A stretch of DNA of 64,000 bases. Source: an uncultured Verrucomicrobiae bacterium. GTDB lineage: Bacteria > Verrucomicrobiota > Verrucomicrobiia > Limisphaerales > JAFGQR01. Both the position numbers and the translations under genes were made by a program. The notes below the pieces were generated by a model, which ran no database searches, was not told the DNA's origin, and saw only the letters and a program-made list of their open reading frames with translations. The stretch spans positions 1-64,000 of the forward strand of contig CAWBHS010000074.1 of the NCBI GenBank assembly GCA_963788655.1, read 5' to 3'. Shown here piece by piece: positions 30,861 through 41,181 of this stretch; position 1 is the stretch's first letter; each line of letters opens with the position of its first letter.

Positions 30861-31157
30861 ATGAGCAAACCACAGTCCCTATGCGCGGTTGCGGGCCAGT
30901 GCAAACAAGATGCTTGTTTGTGTCCGCTGAGCCGTGTCGTGGCTGGGACGCCCGTTCGCATCAAACAGTTGAACGCGCCTCCCGACGTGTCCAATCGCTT
31001 GCGCGAAATGGGTTTGGGCGAGGACCGGCAAATCAAATTACTCTGCTGTAAGAGCAATTTTATCTGTTTGGTTTGCAATGCCCGGCTGGGCATCAGTTCC
31101 CAGTTGGCGGATTCCATCCTGGTCGAGCCTCTTCCTGCCTGTCAACCGGCGGCCTGA
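30861..31157 (+). CDS. feoA: FeoA family protein, Cys-rich
   Basis: LCPLSRVVAG..RLREMGLGE..ARLGISSQLADSILV. Confidence 0.85.
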   Translation: MSKPQSLCAVAGQCKQDACLCPLSRVVAGTPVRIKQLNAPPDVSNRLREMGLGEDRQIKLLCCKSNFICLVCNARLGISSQLADSILVEPLPACQPAA

Positions 31158-31159
31158 CC

Positions 31160-31399
31160 ATGTCTGAGGATCGATTGCCCCTCACGGAACTGGCCTTGGG
31201 CCGCTCAGCCGTGGTGATCGCCATTGATGTACCCCCGGAAAATCGCGGCCGTCTTCTCGAAATGGGTTTGCTCGTTGGCACGAACGTGGAATTGATTCGT
31301 TTTGCACCGCTGGGCGATCCAGTGGAAGTCAAGGTGCGCGGTTACAATCTTACCTTGCGCCGGCAGGAGGCCGAACAAATCTGGGTGAAACCGTCCTAA
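31160..31399 (+). CDS. feoA: FeoA family protein
   Basis: RLLEMGLLVGT..RFAPLGDPVEVKVRGYNLTLRRQEA. Confidence 0.93.
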   Translation: MSEDRLPLTELALGRSAVVIAIDVPPENRGRLLEMGLLVGTNVELIRFAPLGDPVEVKVRGYNLTLRRQEAEQIWVKPS

Positions 31400-31416
31400 G
31401 CGGTCAGGGTACTTCC

Positions 31417-33684
31417 ATGCAAGAGGCTGTCGCGACACTCGCCCGCGCTTCCAACGCCACCCGCTACGTGGTGCTGACGGGCAATCCCAATTGCGGCAAG
31501 ACCACCCTGTTCAACACCCTGACCGGCTTGCGCGCCAAGGTGGGGAATTATCCTGGCGTGACCGTCGAACGCAAGGAAGGCCGGCTCCAAGGCATCCCGA
31601 AAAAAGAAACGCCGGTAACCATTCTCGATTTGCCCGGCACCTACAGTCTCACCGCCCAATCGCTTGATGAACAGGTCGCCCGGGACGTGCTGTTCCATCG
31701 CGTGCCCGCCGTGCCCCCACCGGATTTGGTGGTGGTGGTGAGCGATGCTTCGAATCTTCAGCGTAATCTGTACTTCGCCACCCAGGTCATCGAACTGGGC
31801 TACCCGACCGTCGTGGCCTTGAACATGATTGACGTGGCCCGCGAGAACGGCCATGAGCTCAATGCGGAGCAACTGGCAGCCGCACTCGGTGTCCCGGTGG
31901 TGCCGGTGGTTGCCAACGCCGGTCAGGGCATCGTGGACTTGCGGCAAACGATTCTCACGGCTTTGCAAGAGCCCACTGGCCAGGTCAAACCCCGGCACTT
32001 TGGCGAATTGCCCAAGACGTTCGAGAACGAGGCAGCGGACTTGTCCGCGAAACTGGAAGCCGCGTTTCCCGAAACGCATTATCAGTCGCTGGCGGAAGCG
32101 GTGCTGATTCTGAGTGACGAGAAATTCTTTTTGAGCAGCGCCCAGCAGTATCCGGCCGCCATCCAGGAGTCCGTAGTCGAAGCGCGCCAGCGGCTCGAAA
32201 CCGCCGGGATTGATTGGCGCACCGCTGCCATCGAAGCCCGCTACGTCCGGATCGCGTCCATCGCCGACGCCGTGACCCAGGCAACCGTCGTCGATCAGGA
32301 ATCGATCAGTGACAAGTTGGACCGCGTCCTCACCCACAAGATCTGGGGCCTGGTGGTGTTCATTGCCATCATGCTGCTGATGTTCCAAAGCATTTTCTCG
32401 TTTGCCGAACTGCCAATGCAAGGCTTGGAACACGGAGTTTCGTGGGTCGGCGAGTGGGTCAGCCATCTTCTGCCAACCGGACCGCTGCAAAGTCTCATCG
32501 TGGATGGCGTCATTGCGGGGGTCGGAGCGGTGATCGTGTTTTTGCCCCAAATCTGCCTTTTATTTCTGTTCATCGGGCTGCTCGAAGACACCGGCTACAT
32601 GGCGCGGGCGGCGTTCCTCATGGACCGTTTGATGAGTCGGGTGGGACTGCACGGCAAGAGCTTCATTCCGCTGCTGAGTTCCTTCGCTTGCGCCATTCCG
32701 GGCATCATGGCGACGCGGACGATTGAGAGTCCCAAAGACCGGCTCGTCACCATTCTCGTGGCGCCGTTGATGAGTTGCTCGGCGCGGCTGCCGGTTTACA
32801 CGCTGTTGATTGCGGCCACCATTCCCGATCGCAAAGTGCTTGGTTTTTTGCGACTGCAAGCTTTCACCCTGCTGGGCATGTATCTACTGGGAATTGTGGT
32901 CGCCCTGTTCATGGCCTGGTTGTTCAAGAAAACGTTGCTTCGAGGACCGGCGCCCATGCTGATCATGGAACTGCCGCCATACAAACGTCCGCTGGCCCGG
33001 GTGGTTGCGCGGCACACGTGGGATCGTGCCAAATTGTTCCTGCGGCGGGCGGGCACGGTGATTCTCGGCATCAACATCCTGCTGTGGTTTCTGGCGACTT
33101 ACCCGAAGAGCCCGGCCCTCGAAAAGCAGTATGAATTGCAGCGGGCGCAAGTGAACAGCCTGGCGATCCCGGAAAATCCCGAAGCCAAACCTCGGATCGA
33201 GGCGCAGCGCGAAGCCAAGCTGGCGCAACTCGACCGCCAGGAAGCCGGGGAAAAACTGCGCCACAGTTTCGCCGGCCGGCTGGGACATTTGCTGGAGCCG
33301 GTGATTGCTCCGCTGGGCTTTGATTGGAAAATCGGCATCGGTATCGTCTCGTCGTTTGCCGCGCGGGAGGTGTTCGTCAGCACGATGTCCATCGTGTACA
33401 ACGTCAGCGCCGGTTCCGACTCGGAGGCGAGCAACCGGGCGCTGGCCGAGACGTTGCTGCAACAAAAACGGCCGGATGGCACCCGCGTCTATACGACGCT
33501 GGTGGGATTGGCGCTCATGGTCTTCTACGTGTTCGCGCTGCAGTGCGTGAGCACCGTGGCCATTGTGCGGCGCGAAACCAATTCTTGGAAATGGCCGTTG
33601 TTTCAATGGTTGTACATGGGGGTGCTGGCCTGGGGCTTGGCGTTCATTACCTATCAGGGAGGACGACTGCTGGGTTTCGGTTGA
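31417..33684 (+). CDS. feoB: Ferrous iron transporter B
   Basis: GNPNCGKTTLFN, VGNYPGVTVE, DLPGTYSL, LNMID, SCSARLPVY, ELPPY. Confidence 0.96.
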   Translation: MQEAVATLARASNATRYVVLTGNPNCGKTTLFNTLTGLRAKVGNYPGVTVERKEGRLQGIPKKETPVTILDLPGTYSLTAQSLDEQVARDVLFHRVPAVPPPDLVVVVSDASNLQRNLYFATQVIELGYPTVVALNMIDVARENGHELNAEQLAAALGVPVVPVVANAGQGIVDLRQTILTALQEPTGQVKPRHFGELPKTFENEAADLSAKLEAAFPETHYQSLAEAVLILSDEKFFLSSAQQYPAAIQESVVEARQRLETAGIDWRTAAIEARYVRIASIADAVTQATVVDQESISDKLDRVLTHKIWGLVVFIAIMLLMFQSIFSFAELPMQGLEHGVSWVGEWVSHLLPTGPLQSLIVDGVIAGVGAVIVFLPQICLLFLFIGLLEDTGYMARAAFLMDRLMSRVGLHGKSFIPLLSSFACAIPGIMATRTIESPKDRLVTILVAPLMSCSARLPVYTLLIAATIPDRKVLGFLRLQAFTLLGMYLLGIVVALFMAWLFKKTLLRGPAPMLIMELPPYKRPLARVVARHTWDRAKLFLRRAGTVILGINILLWFLATYPKSPALEKQYELQRAQVNSLAIPENPEAKPRIEAQREAKLAQLDRQEAGEKLRHSFAGRLGHLLEPVIAPLGFDWKIGIGIVSSFAAREVFVSTMSIVYNVSAGSDSEASNRALAETLLQQKRPDGTRVYTTLVGLALMVFYVFALQCVSTVAIVRRETNSWKWPLFQWLYMGVLAWGLAFITYQGGRLLGFG

Positions 33685-33965
33685 GCCGCAACCGGGCGGG
33701 GAAAGGACGAATGATCATGGCGCCGCGGCAGGCTGCCAGGGCTAGGATTGCGGCTTGGGATATGAGGTTTGTTTGGCGCTTGGTCCTTGGACGTTTTCGG
33801 TAATCGGAGGGCGCACTTTGGCCATTCGGGGAAGGAGGAACTCCGGTTGTGGATTAACGAACCGGCGTCGTCTGCTTCGGCTCTTCAAGCGTCCGAGGAA
33901 TTTGCGTTTGACACCGGCCCGACCAAAGCTTTCCATGTTTAATCGAAGCTTTACAAAATACATTC

Positions 33966-34643
33966 ATGAAAACACCTGTCCATCAGACGCACGATTTCCC
34001 GAAGCGATTCCATCTCAAGGACCAAACGGTCAGCTTACGCCCCCTGCGGACCGAGGACCGCGAACCGCTGGTCAACTTTGCCCGCGCACTCCCGGAGGAT
34101 GACCTGCTCTTTCTGCAACGCGACATCACCCAATCCGCCGAAGTGGATCGCTGGATCCAGGAAACGGTGGATGGGGACTTGGTGACCATCGTCGCCTGCC
34201 AGGAGGATGCCATCATCGGTTACGCGACGTTTGACCAGGGGAGCGTGCGCTGGACGCGGCACGTGGCCGAACTGCGCGTGGTCGTGACGGAAGCAGTTCG
34301 CGGCATCGGGCTGGGCCGGCTGTTATTGGAGTTGGTTTTTGAAATGGCCTTGAAGGAAGGCGTAACGAAAGTCATTGCCCGCATGACGCCGGATCAAACC
34401 GGGGCGCAAAGCCTGTTCAAACGGCTGGGCTTCGAAGAAGAAGCCGTCTTGCGCGATCATGCCTTGGGCGCCGGCGAAGTGACGCACGACCTGTTGGTGC
34501 TCAGTTTCCACACCCGGCAGCATCAGGAACAACGCTGTGCTTCCTGCGGGGCGCCCGTCTTGACCGCGCTGGCGCTGGAGGGGGCACGACTGTGTTCCCA
34601 TTGTTTCGAGGCGCAATACCAGGAACTGGGCGGCGGGGGTTAG
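33966..34643 (+). CDS. GNAT family N-acetyltransferase with C-terminal CxxC..CxxC motif
   Basis: VRGIGLGRLLL, LFKRLGFEEEAVLRDH; tail CASC...CSHC. Confidence 0.85.
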   Translation: MKTPVHQTHDFPKRFHLKDQTVSLRPLRTEDREPLVNFARALPEDDLLFLQRDITQSAEVDRWIQETVDGDLVTIVACQEDAIIGYATFDQGSVRWTRHVAELRVVVTEAVRGIGLGRLLLELVFEMALKEGVTKVIARMTPDQTGAQSLFKRLGFEEEAVLRDHALGAGEVTHDLLVLSFHTRQHQEQRCASCGAPVLTALALEGARLCSHCFEAQYQELGGGG

Positions 34644-34831
34644 GCTTGGATATTTCACACTTCGCTGAAAACACGGACAGGCTGTAGCCGCCTTCTTACA
34701 TCGATGGCTACCGCAACCGTGAAATATCCGGGCCAAGCCTGTTCTCAATTGCCAAGCCCTCGCCAACTGGGTCTGGCAGTATTGGCACTTGTCGGCGGAG
34801 CTTCGACACTTTTCCCACGGGGGGCGTATTT

Positions 34832-36148
34832 TCAATTCCCCGCCAGGTTCCGGTAGAGCCGGGCCAATCGTTGAGGGCGGACGCCGCAGTGATAGCCAAT
34901 AACCATCAGCTTGTGGATGAGCGTCGTCCGAATGAATCCCAATCGGCGCCAGCGCCGGCCCGAAGTAATGGCGGCTTGGGGCATGGTCACAATGCGCCCA
35001 CAGCGACGCAGCCGGACCGCAAACTCGTAGTCTTCCATGATGGGCAAGTTCGCGAATCCACCCAGTTCTTCAAACAATGAACGCCGGAGAAAGAGGGCCT
35101 GGTCACCGTAGGGCTTTTGGAACCAGTGCGACCGCAGGTGGGTAGTCCATTCCACGAGACTTCTACCGGCGAAGTCTTCGGCGATGCGGAAGCGAAATGC
35201 CCCCGCGGCAACTCTTGGGCATGCCAGAGTCTCGGAAACGCATTGCGTCCAACTCGCGGGCAGGAGCGTGTCGGCGTGGAGGAACAACAGGACATTTCCC
35301 GCTGCGCTAGCCGCGCCGGCGTTCATCTGACGAGCTCGACCCGGTGACGAAGACAGGACCATCGCACCGGCCTCACGGGCGAATTTCGCTGTGTTATCGG
35401 TGCTGCCGCCGTCCACGACGATGATTTCGAAAGGTTCCCCCTTCCGGACCGATTGGAGCGTGGCCGCAACCTGTTGTTCCTCGTTCAGGGCCGGAATGAT
35501 GACGGAAACCCGGTTCAATTGCGAGTCTTCGGCTGCTGCCAGCCGTTGCCACGCGGGCAAGTCTTCCGGGCGATCAAGGTCATCGAGCCGGTCCAGCAGG
35601 ACCGGTTTGACGCTGGCCTGATCGAGATGGTGCAATGATTCGGCCAGAACAGTATCAGTTCCCCACGCTAAGCCGCGAAACAGTTCAGGGATATTTCGAG
35701 TCAGCCCGATCAAGTAGTAGCCGCCGTCGGTCGCCGGTCCCAGAGCAGCCGGGGCTCGCGACAGCGCCTGGAAGGCGGCGGCAATCGGATCTGGCGTCAA
35801 GCTCGGGCAATCACTGCCGATGATGACCGTCGCGGCGGACCCTTCCCGGAGACTATCCTCGAATGCTTCGGCCATTCGCTCTCCCAAATCTCCCGCACAC
35901 TGCGGGCGACAAAGCCAGCCCTCACCGAGCCAGTGACGGATCGCGTCCTCGCTGCCGCCATCGAAGCGGATCTCCAACTCGGCTCCGGCTTCCCGGCACG
36001 CCGTCTGCGCCACGCGTAAGGTGCGCAGGACCAGCCGGCGATGCAGGGCCGCCGCGCCCGCGGCGCCCACCGCCGGAATAAGGCGCGTCTTCACCCGCCC
36101 AGCCACGGGATAACGGGCGAACAGGATAAGCCGTTGTTTGCCATTCAC
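34832..36148 (-). CDS. Fused TIGR04282 (DUF2064) + TIGR04283 (GT2) glycosyltransferase, arsenosugar-associated families
   Basis: N-half FARYPVAGRVKTRL, DLGERM, IGSDCP, LGPATDGGYYLIG; C-half SVIIPALNEE, GRARQMNAGA, LFLHADT, PYGDQ, PIMED, TSGRRW. Confidence 0.9.
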   Translation of the reverse strand: MNGKQRLILFARYPVAGRVKTRLIPAVGAAGAAALHRRLVLRTLRVAQTACREAGAELEIRFDGGSEDAIRHWLGEGWLCRPQCAGDLGERMAEAFEDSLREGSAATVIIGSDCPSLTPDPIAAAFQALSRAPAALGPATDGGYYLIGLTRNIPELFRGLAWGTDTVLAESLHHLDQASVKPVLLDRLDDLDRPEDLPAWQRLAAAEDSQLNRVSVIIPALNEEQQVAATLQSVRKGEPFEIIVVDGGSTDNTAKFAREAGAMVLSSSPGRARQMNAGAASAAGNVLLFLHADTLLPASWTQCVSETLACPRVAAGAFRFRIAEDFAGRSLVEWTTHLRSHWFQKPYGDQALFLRRSLFEELGGFANLPIMEDYEFAVRLRRCGRIVTMPQAAITSGRRWRRLGFIRTTLIHKLMVIGYHCGVRPQRLARLYRNLAGN

Positions 36149-36184
36149 TGGGCGCGAAGCTAAGCCGTATGTGTTCAGGAAGAA

Positions 36185-36322
36185 ACCACGAATGAATCGA
36201 CACGAATAGCCGGAAAACAGAACCTTGGGTTGATTGCGGCGAGAATCACCGTTTGGTGACCTTTTTTTTCGTTCAACACCCGATCAAAGTCTCATTCGGT
36301 ATTCGTGTCGATTCCTTTGGTT
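36185..36322. repeat. Long imperfect inverted repeat in a divergent intergenic region
   Basis: AACCACGAATGAATCGACACGAATA ... TATTCGTGTCGATTCCTTTGGTT. Confidence 0.6.
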
Positions 36323-36345
36323 TTCTGCATGCATAGACACGGGTT

Positions 36346-36371
36346 AGGGCTCGACGTAGTCTCGCCCTGCC
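36346..36371. repeat. Short REP hairpin, family G
   Basis: AGGGCTCGACGTAGTCTCGCCCTGCC; one mismatch to 61771-61796. Confidence 0.8.
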
Positions 36372-36424
36372 GGCGGTTCTGGTAATTATCGCCTCTCGTC
36401 CGGTCTTCGCGGTACACTGCCTTG

Positions 36425-37150
36425 GTGAAATCCAAACTCGAAACCAAGCTCGTCCAGGCGGCCAAAACATTGGCCGACGCCGCGGACCATTTTAAATTTC
36501 GGGCGCCAATTACACATGCCTACAACCCGCTCCAATACGCATGGAAAGTTCACGAAGCATTCCTGCGGAAATTCGGCGGACCACCGAAACGCACCGTGTT
36601 CCTCGGTATGAATCCCGGGCCATTCGGCATGGTGCAGACCGGCATTCCGTTCGGCGAAGTGACGGCGGTGCGCGACTGGATGGGACTTGAACAACCGGTG
36701 GGGCAACCCGCCCGTCCCCATCCCCAACGACCGGTCACCGGGTTCGCGTGTCATCGTTCGGAAGTCAGCGGCCGGCGGCTTTGGGGGCTGTTTGCCGAAC
36801 GGTTTGGCCGCGCGGAGGAGTTCTTTGCTGACCATTTCGTGGTGAATTATTGCCCCTTGGCGTTCTTCGACGCTTCCGGGCGCAACCTCACGCCCGACAA
36901 ACTGGCCAGTGCCAACGCGGCCAAATTGTTGGCGGCTTGCGATGCTCACTTGGGGCGCGTGGTGGACATTTTGAGCCCGAAGTTCGTGATCGGAATCGGC
37001 ACCTTTGCCGCCCAACGCGCCCGTCAAGTATTGCCAGATGGCGACGCGGTTATTGGCCAAATCCTCCACCCCAGCCCCGCCAGTCCTGCGGCGAATCGCG
37101 ATTGGGCGGGAACGGTCACCTGCCAGTTGCAGGATTCTGGGGTGTGGTAA
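36425..37150 (+). CDS. SMUG1-type uracil-DNA glycosylase (UDG family 3)
   Basis: YNPLQYA, FLGMNPGPFGMVQTGIPFG, RSEVSGRRLW, NYCPL, NLTPDKL, LHPSPASP. Confidence 0.93.
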   Translation: MKSKLETKLVQAAKTLADAADHFKFRAPITHAYNPLQYAWKVHEAFLRKFGGPPKRTVFLGMNPGPFGMVQTGIPFGEVTAVRDWMGLEQPVGQPARPHPQRPVTGFACHRSEVSGRRLWGLFAERFGRAEEFFADHFVVNYCPLAFFDASGRNLTPDKLASANAAKLLAACDAHLGRVVDILSPKFVIGIGTFAAQRARQVLPDGDAVIGQILHPSPASPAANRDWAGTVTCQLQDSGVW

Positions 37151-37342
37151 TTGCCCCGACCCACCTTTCCGTAATCCTACTGACTCTTGCTGACGACTTA
37201 CCGAACCAGACTGAGGATTCTACGTATCCTGGAAACCGCAATAATTCTGATTGAGAACATAAGCAAAAACTGCTTTATTCTCGGTCTAATTGAACGAAGG
37301 GCCGGCGTTCACCCGGGACTCTGGTTCTTGAGCAAGTCAGTA

Positions 37343-37927
37343 ATGGATCAAATTAAGACAGGTAGATTGAGTTTCCCTCTGGCAAAACCACGCCGGCGGC
37401 AATGGGTATTATCGGTCAGTCCCCGCCGAAGCACCGAGGTTTCGAGTCCGCGGGGGGTGATCGCCCGCACCTTCATTCCCTGGGCGCTTTGCGGCTTGGT
37501 GCTTGCCGGACTCTTTCATCCGGCTCCGGCGTTCGCCGCCACCTACGGACAGAAGGTGGTGGCGGCGGTTTTGATGGGCGAAGCGTGGGGCGAAGGAGAA
37601 AAAGCCATGATTGCCGTGGCCGAGGTCATCCGCACGCGCGCGGATCAGTTGAACCTCAGTCCGCTGGCCATCGTGAAGCAGCCCTATCAATTCAGTTGCC
37701 TCAACCACACCACCCCCGAAAAACTGCTGGCCAAGTTTCAGCATCAAAAAGATTTCCAAGTGGCCCTGAGAATTGCCCGGCTGATGTATAACGAACCCGA
37801 GAAACTGCCTGGTTACGCGCGCGACGCGACGCACTTCGAAAATGTCGGGAACGGCTCCGACTGGGCCTGCGGTCAGAAGCCCGTGGCCCGCGTCGGTAAA
37901 CTGGCGTTCTACCGCTTGTCGAGTTGA
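37343..37927 (+). CDS. Cell wall hydrolase (SleB/Hydrolase_2 family)
   Basis: GEAWGEG..MIAVAEVIRTR, PYQFSCLN, ATHF, VGKLAFY; start uncertain. Confidence 0.82.
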   Translation: MDQIKTGRLSFPLAKPRRRQWVLSVSPRRSTEVSSPRGVIARTFIPWALCGLVLAGLFHPAPAFAATYGQKVVAAVLMGEAWGEGEKAMIAVAEVIRTRADQLNLSPLAIVKQPYQFSCLNHTTPEKLLAKFQHQKDFQVALRIARLMYNEPEKLPGYARDATHFENVGNGSDWACGQKPVARVGKLAFYRLSS

Positions 37928-37946
37928 GCCCGCTCCCGCAAACGAG

Positions 37947-38409
37947 CTACTTGCTCAACTCGGCCTTCACGTTGTTGTAGGCCGCTTCGAGCTGGTTCAT
38001 CGCGGTTTCAAATCCCGCCTTCACCTTATCCCAGGCTTCCTGAGCTGGGCTGCTTTAGTTCCTCCAATTTTTGCGCAACTTGATCCCGCTTTTCGCGCAG
38101 CTCAGCCAGCGCTTGATCGATCCGCGTCTTGGCCTCCCCCTGCAACTGTCTGGCGTGCGCTTGTAGGGTTTGGGTTTCAGCATCCAACTTCGCCAACTTC
38201 TCGTGCATGGTCGCCACGAATTGGTCCTTGGTTTGGACCGCATATTGTTTCGTGGCGTCCGCCGCCTCATTCACTTTCTGTTTGGCCTCTTCCGCGGTCA
38301 CTGTGCGGTCATTGGACGTGTTCCTATCATTGGGATTCAACTGCTGACAGCCCCCCAGCAGCAAAGGAACCCCCATTAACGCGATCATAAGTTTCAATGT
38401 CGTTTTCAT
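37947..38409 (-). CDS. Coiled-coil stress-type lipoprotein (frameshift near 38040)
   Basis: Lipobox LLGGC; continuation EAWDKVKAGFETAMNQLEAAY in the shifted frame to TAG at 37947. Confidence 0.75.
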
Positions 38410-38542
38410 AGGCTTAAATGGAATTGAGAGTCTTTCAACAGGAACCTTCCCTTGTCCGCAGACCAGCGATGACCCTGTCCGGTTTGGTTGTTAGATTTTG
38501 GTTCTTTCTGCCCCCAGGTGGAGAACTCCTTTGGTTCCCATC

Positions 38543-38704
38543 TCACGTAACCCTTCGGTTGAAAATGAGGGAGATCAAAAACAGGATCAGAAACACGAAG
38601 AAGAGAATCTTCGCAATCCCGGCTGCCGTTCCGGCGATTCCACCAAAACCGAGCAGCGCGGCCACCAGGGCAATGATCAAGAATGTTAAAGCCCAACTCA
38701 ACAT
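38543..38704 (-). CDS. DUF1328 (UPF0391) small membrane protein, missing from the ORF track
   Basis: [53 protein letters not shown]. Confidence 0.92.
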   Translation of the reverse strand: MLSWALTFLIIALVAALLGFGGIAGTAAGIAKILFFVFLILFLISLIFNRRVT

Positions 38705-38805
38705 GGTCCAACGTTTCTCTTTTCCGCCGGTCCGCCACCGGTTTAGGTTTCGATCGGCAACCGTTTATTGGTTCGGATACCGTATTTCAATCGATTCATC
38801 TTTTT

Positions 38806-38957
38806 AGCGCTTCTTGTGCCATCGCCTCACCTAGGCTCGCTAACTTGAACGAATGGAGAAACTTGAAATGATCAACGTGCCCATTGATGGAGAAGGCTGA
38901 ACTGTCGCTCGTCGTGCAGAATGCACATCCGCTGACAAATGCTCCTGCATTATGCAC
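38806..38957 (-). promoter_or_regulatory. sigma54-type promoter with twin upstream palindromes
   Basis: Minus-strand TGGCACAAGAAGCGCT (38806-38821); GTGCAgaaTGCAC (38914-38926) and CTGCAttaTGCAC (38945-38957), 31 bp apart. Confidence 0.65.
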
Positions 38958-39228
38958 TTTGCAAAGCAGAAGACTTAATTTCAAAGCACTTAATCAGTAT
39001 AGGAATGTCCATTCCCTCTCCCGACCGAGTCAAATATGCAATGGCTTAAACCACTGGCTTCAGGATTCTGGACTGCTAGTTGCCTTCGGGGCTCGGAAAC
39101 CGGTTTTGCTCCGACAATGGGACAGCGGGGCCTCTCGCGACTTGGCAGAATCAGCCCCGGTGCCGGAGGCCAGTTGCAAAATTTCCAAATTGGCCTTGGC
39201 CGGTGCCCCATGATATGATCCTGACATT

Positions 39229-41151
39229 ATGATCCACCTGCGTTTCTTGGTCGTGTTGGCCGTGGTGACTTTGTGCGCCGCGCCGACGTGGGCTGAATTC
39301 TCCTCGAATAGTAACGGCGCCACGCGGTTGGGCAGCCTCACCGCGATGGCTCCGCCCAATTCGCCCTCGAATTTCGTGATCACTGTGACCAGTCCCACCA
39401 GCATCAACCTGTCCTGGGCGGATGCCTCCGACGACGAATCAGGTTTTTACCTTTGGGGCCGGCAAGGGACCGATGCGGAATGGATATACCTCGGCACGGT
39501 GCCGGCAAACACCACCAGTCAGCCATTCACGGGCCTCGCCTCTGCAACCCTGTACCAATTTGCGATTACCTCATACAACGGCCTCGGTTACCTTGATCCG
39601 ATCATTGCCGGAGTCACCCTGCCTGGGGTCACCAGCCGCAGTTATCAGCCGGCCACCGTCGGCCAGGCATTTTCCTACACGGTAACCGCTTCCAGCGATG
39701 GCGGCGCCGCGGACGTGTTCAGTGTTTCGGGCGACCTGCCTCCCGGTCTGGCCTTTGACGCGGGCACCCATCAAATCACCGGCACCCCGACGGAAGGCGG
39801 AGTCTTCACCTCAACCTTGTCCGTCCACTATGCCGCGTGGGGCACGCTGAGCCAACCGTTGACTTTGCGCGTCGTCCATCCCCCCGCTCCCCCGGTGGTC
39901 CGCGCCACGATTCCAAATCAAACACTCCTTCCTAGTGGACTGGACGTAACCCTGCCGCTCAATGATTTCTTTGCCGACCGCGATACGGAAAAAGCAGTCC
40001 GGTTTGTCGCGACCAAAGGGACTTTCGATGTGGCGCTTTACGCGACCGCCACGCCGCAGACGGTGACGAATTTTCTCAACTACGTGGACCGGGGAGATTA
40101 CGCCAATTCCATCCTTCATCGCACGGTGACGAATTTTATCGTGCAAGGAGGCGGATTCAAACCGGCACCACCGAATTTCACCCGGATACCCACCGACCCC
40201 AGCCCCACCAATGAGCCGGGCATCAGCAACCTGCGCGGCACCGTGGCCATGGCCAAGGTGGGCGGCGATCCCAACAGCGCCACCGACCAGTGGTTCGTCA
40301 ATCTCAACAACAACGCCGCCAACTTGGACAACCAGAACGGCGGCTTTACCGCCTTCGGTCGCGTTTGCGGTAACGGGATGACGGTGGTGGATATGATTGC
40401 CGCGCTGCCCCACGATAATTACACCGTGAATGTGGATGGCACGGACATCCCCTTCACCGACTGGCCCATGGACACTGATCCGCCCGCGCCGGCAACGATG
40501 GACCAGTCCAAACTCGTGCTGGTAAACTCGGTGAACCGCATCGAACCGCTGAGTTATGCCGTTACCGGGGATACGGTGACCGGCATCGTCAGCAGCAGCG
40601 TTCAAGGCCCTAATCTGGTGCTGACGCCAACGACCTCTTTGGGAGGAATTACGGTCCTCGCCGTGATGGCCACGGATCTGGATGGCAACAGTGTTTCGCA
40701 ATCCGTCACGGTCGAAGTGCAATCGAGCTTTTCTACTTGGCTGGGTCAATATGCATTGCAAGGCCCTGAGAGTTTGCCTGATGCGGACGGAGACCATGAT
40801 TGGTTGTCCAATGCCGCGGAGTTTGTGCTGATGGGCTCGCCCGTCGTGGCGGACGCCGCCAGCGTTCGGCCCGCCGGTTCCGTGGCCAGCGCCGGCGGCA
40901 ATCGTTACGCAGCGATCACCTTCAAACTGCGCAAAGACCGCAGCGGCGCCGAGGTCCACATCGATGCGTCCTCCAACTTGGCGCCCAGTAGCTGGACCTC
41001 CGTGTGGAGCAGCACGGACCTCGACAGCCCACAAGTGGTCCAGCGCGATGATCTGGGTGACCATTGGCTGCTGACGGTGCGAGATGCCAATCCGCTGGCT
41101 GATGCGGCGTCGGCGCATTTCCTGCGCCTGCAAGTGAGCGTGCCGCAATAA
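39229..41151 (+). CDS. Secreted multidomain cyclophilin-type PPIase (Fn3, putative Ig, cyclophilin, C-terminal domain)
   Basis: [69 protein letters not shown] Ig repeat. Confidence 0.9.
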   Translation: MIHLRFLVVLAVVTLCAAPTWAEFSSNSNGATRLGSLTAMAPPNSPSNFVITVTSPTSINLSWADASDDESGFYLWGRQGTDAEWIYLGTVPANTTSQPFTGLASATLYQFAITSYNGLGYLDPIIAGVTLPGVTSRSYQPATVGQAFSYTVTASSDGGAADVFSVSGDLPPGLAFDAGTHQITGTPTEGGVFTSTLSVHYAAWGTLSQPLTLRVVHPPAPPVVRATIPNQTLLPSGLDVTLPLNDFFADRDTEKAVRFVATKGTFDVALYATATPQTVTNFLNYVDRGDYANSILHRTVTNFIVQGGGFKPAPPNFTRIPTDPSPTNEPGISNLRGTVAMAKVGGDPNSATDQWFVNLNNNAANLDNQNGGFTAFGRVCGNGMTVVDMIAALPHDNYTVNVDGTDIPFTDWPMDTDPPAPATMDQSKLVLVNSVNRIEPLSYAVTGDTVTGIVSSSVQGPNLVLTPTTSLGGITVLAVMATDLDGNSVSQSVTVEVQSSFSTWLGQYALQGPESLPDADGDHDWLSNAAEFVLMGSPVVADAASVRPAGSVASAGGNRYAAITFKLRKDRSGAEVHIDASSNLAPSSWTSVWSSTDLDSPQVVQRDDLGDHWLLTVRDANPLADAASAHFLRLQVSVPQ

Positions 41152-41181
41152 ACGTGGGACGGTTCCACGCGCCTTGGCGTT

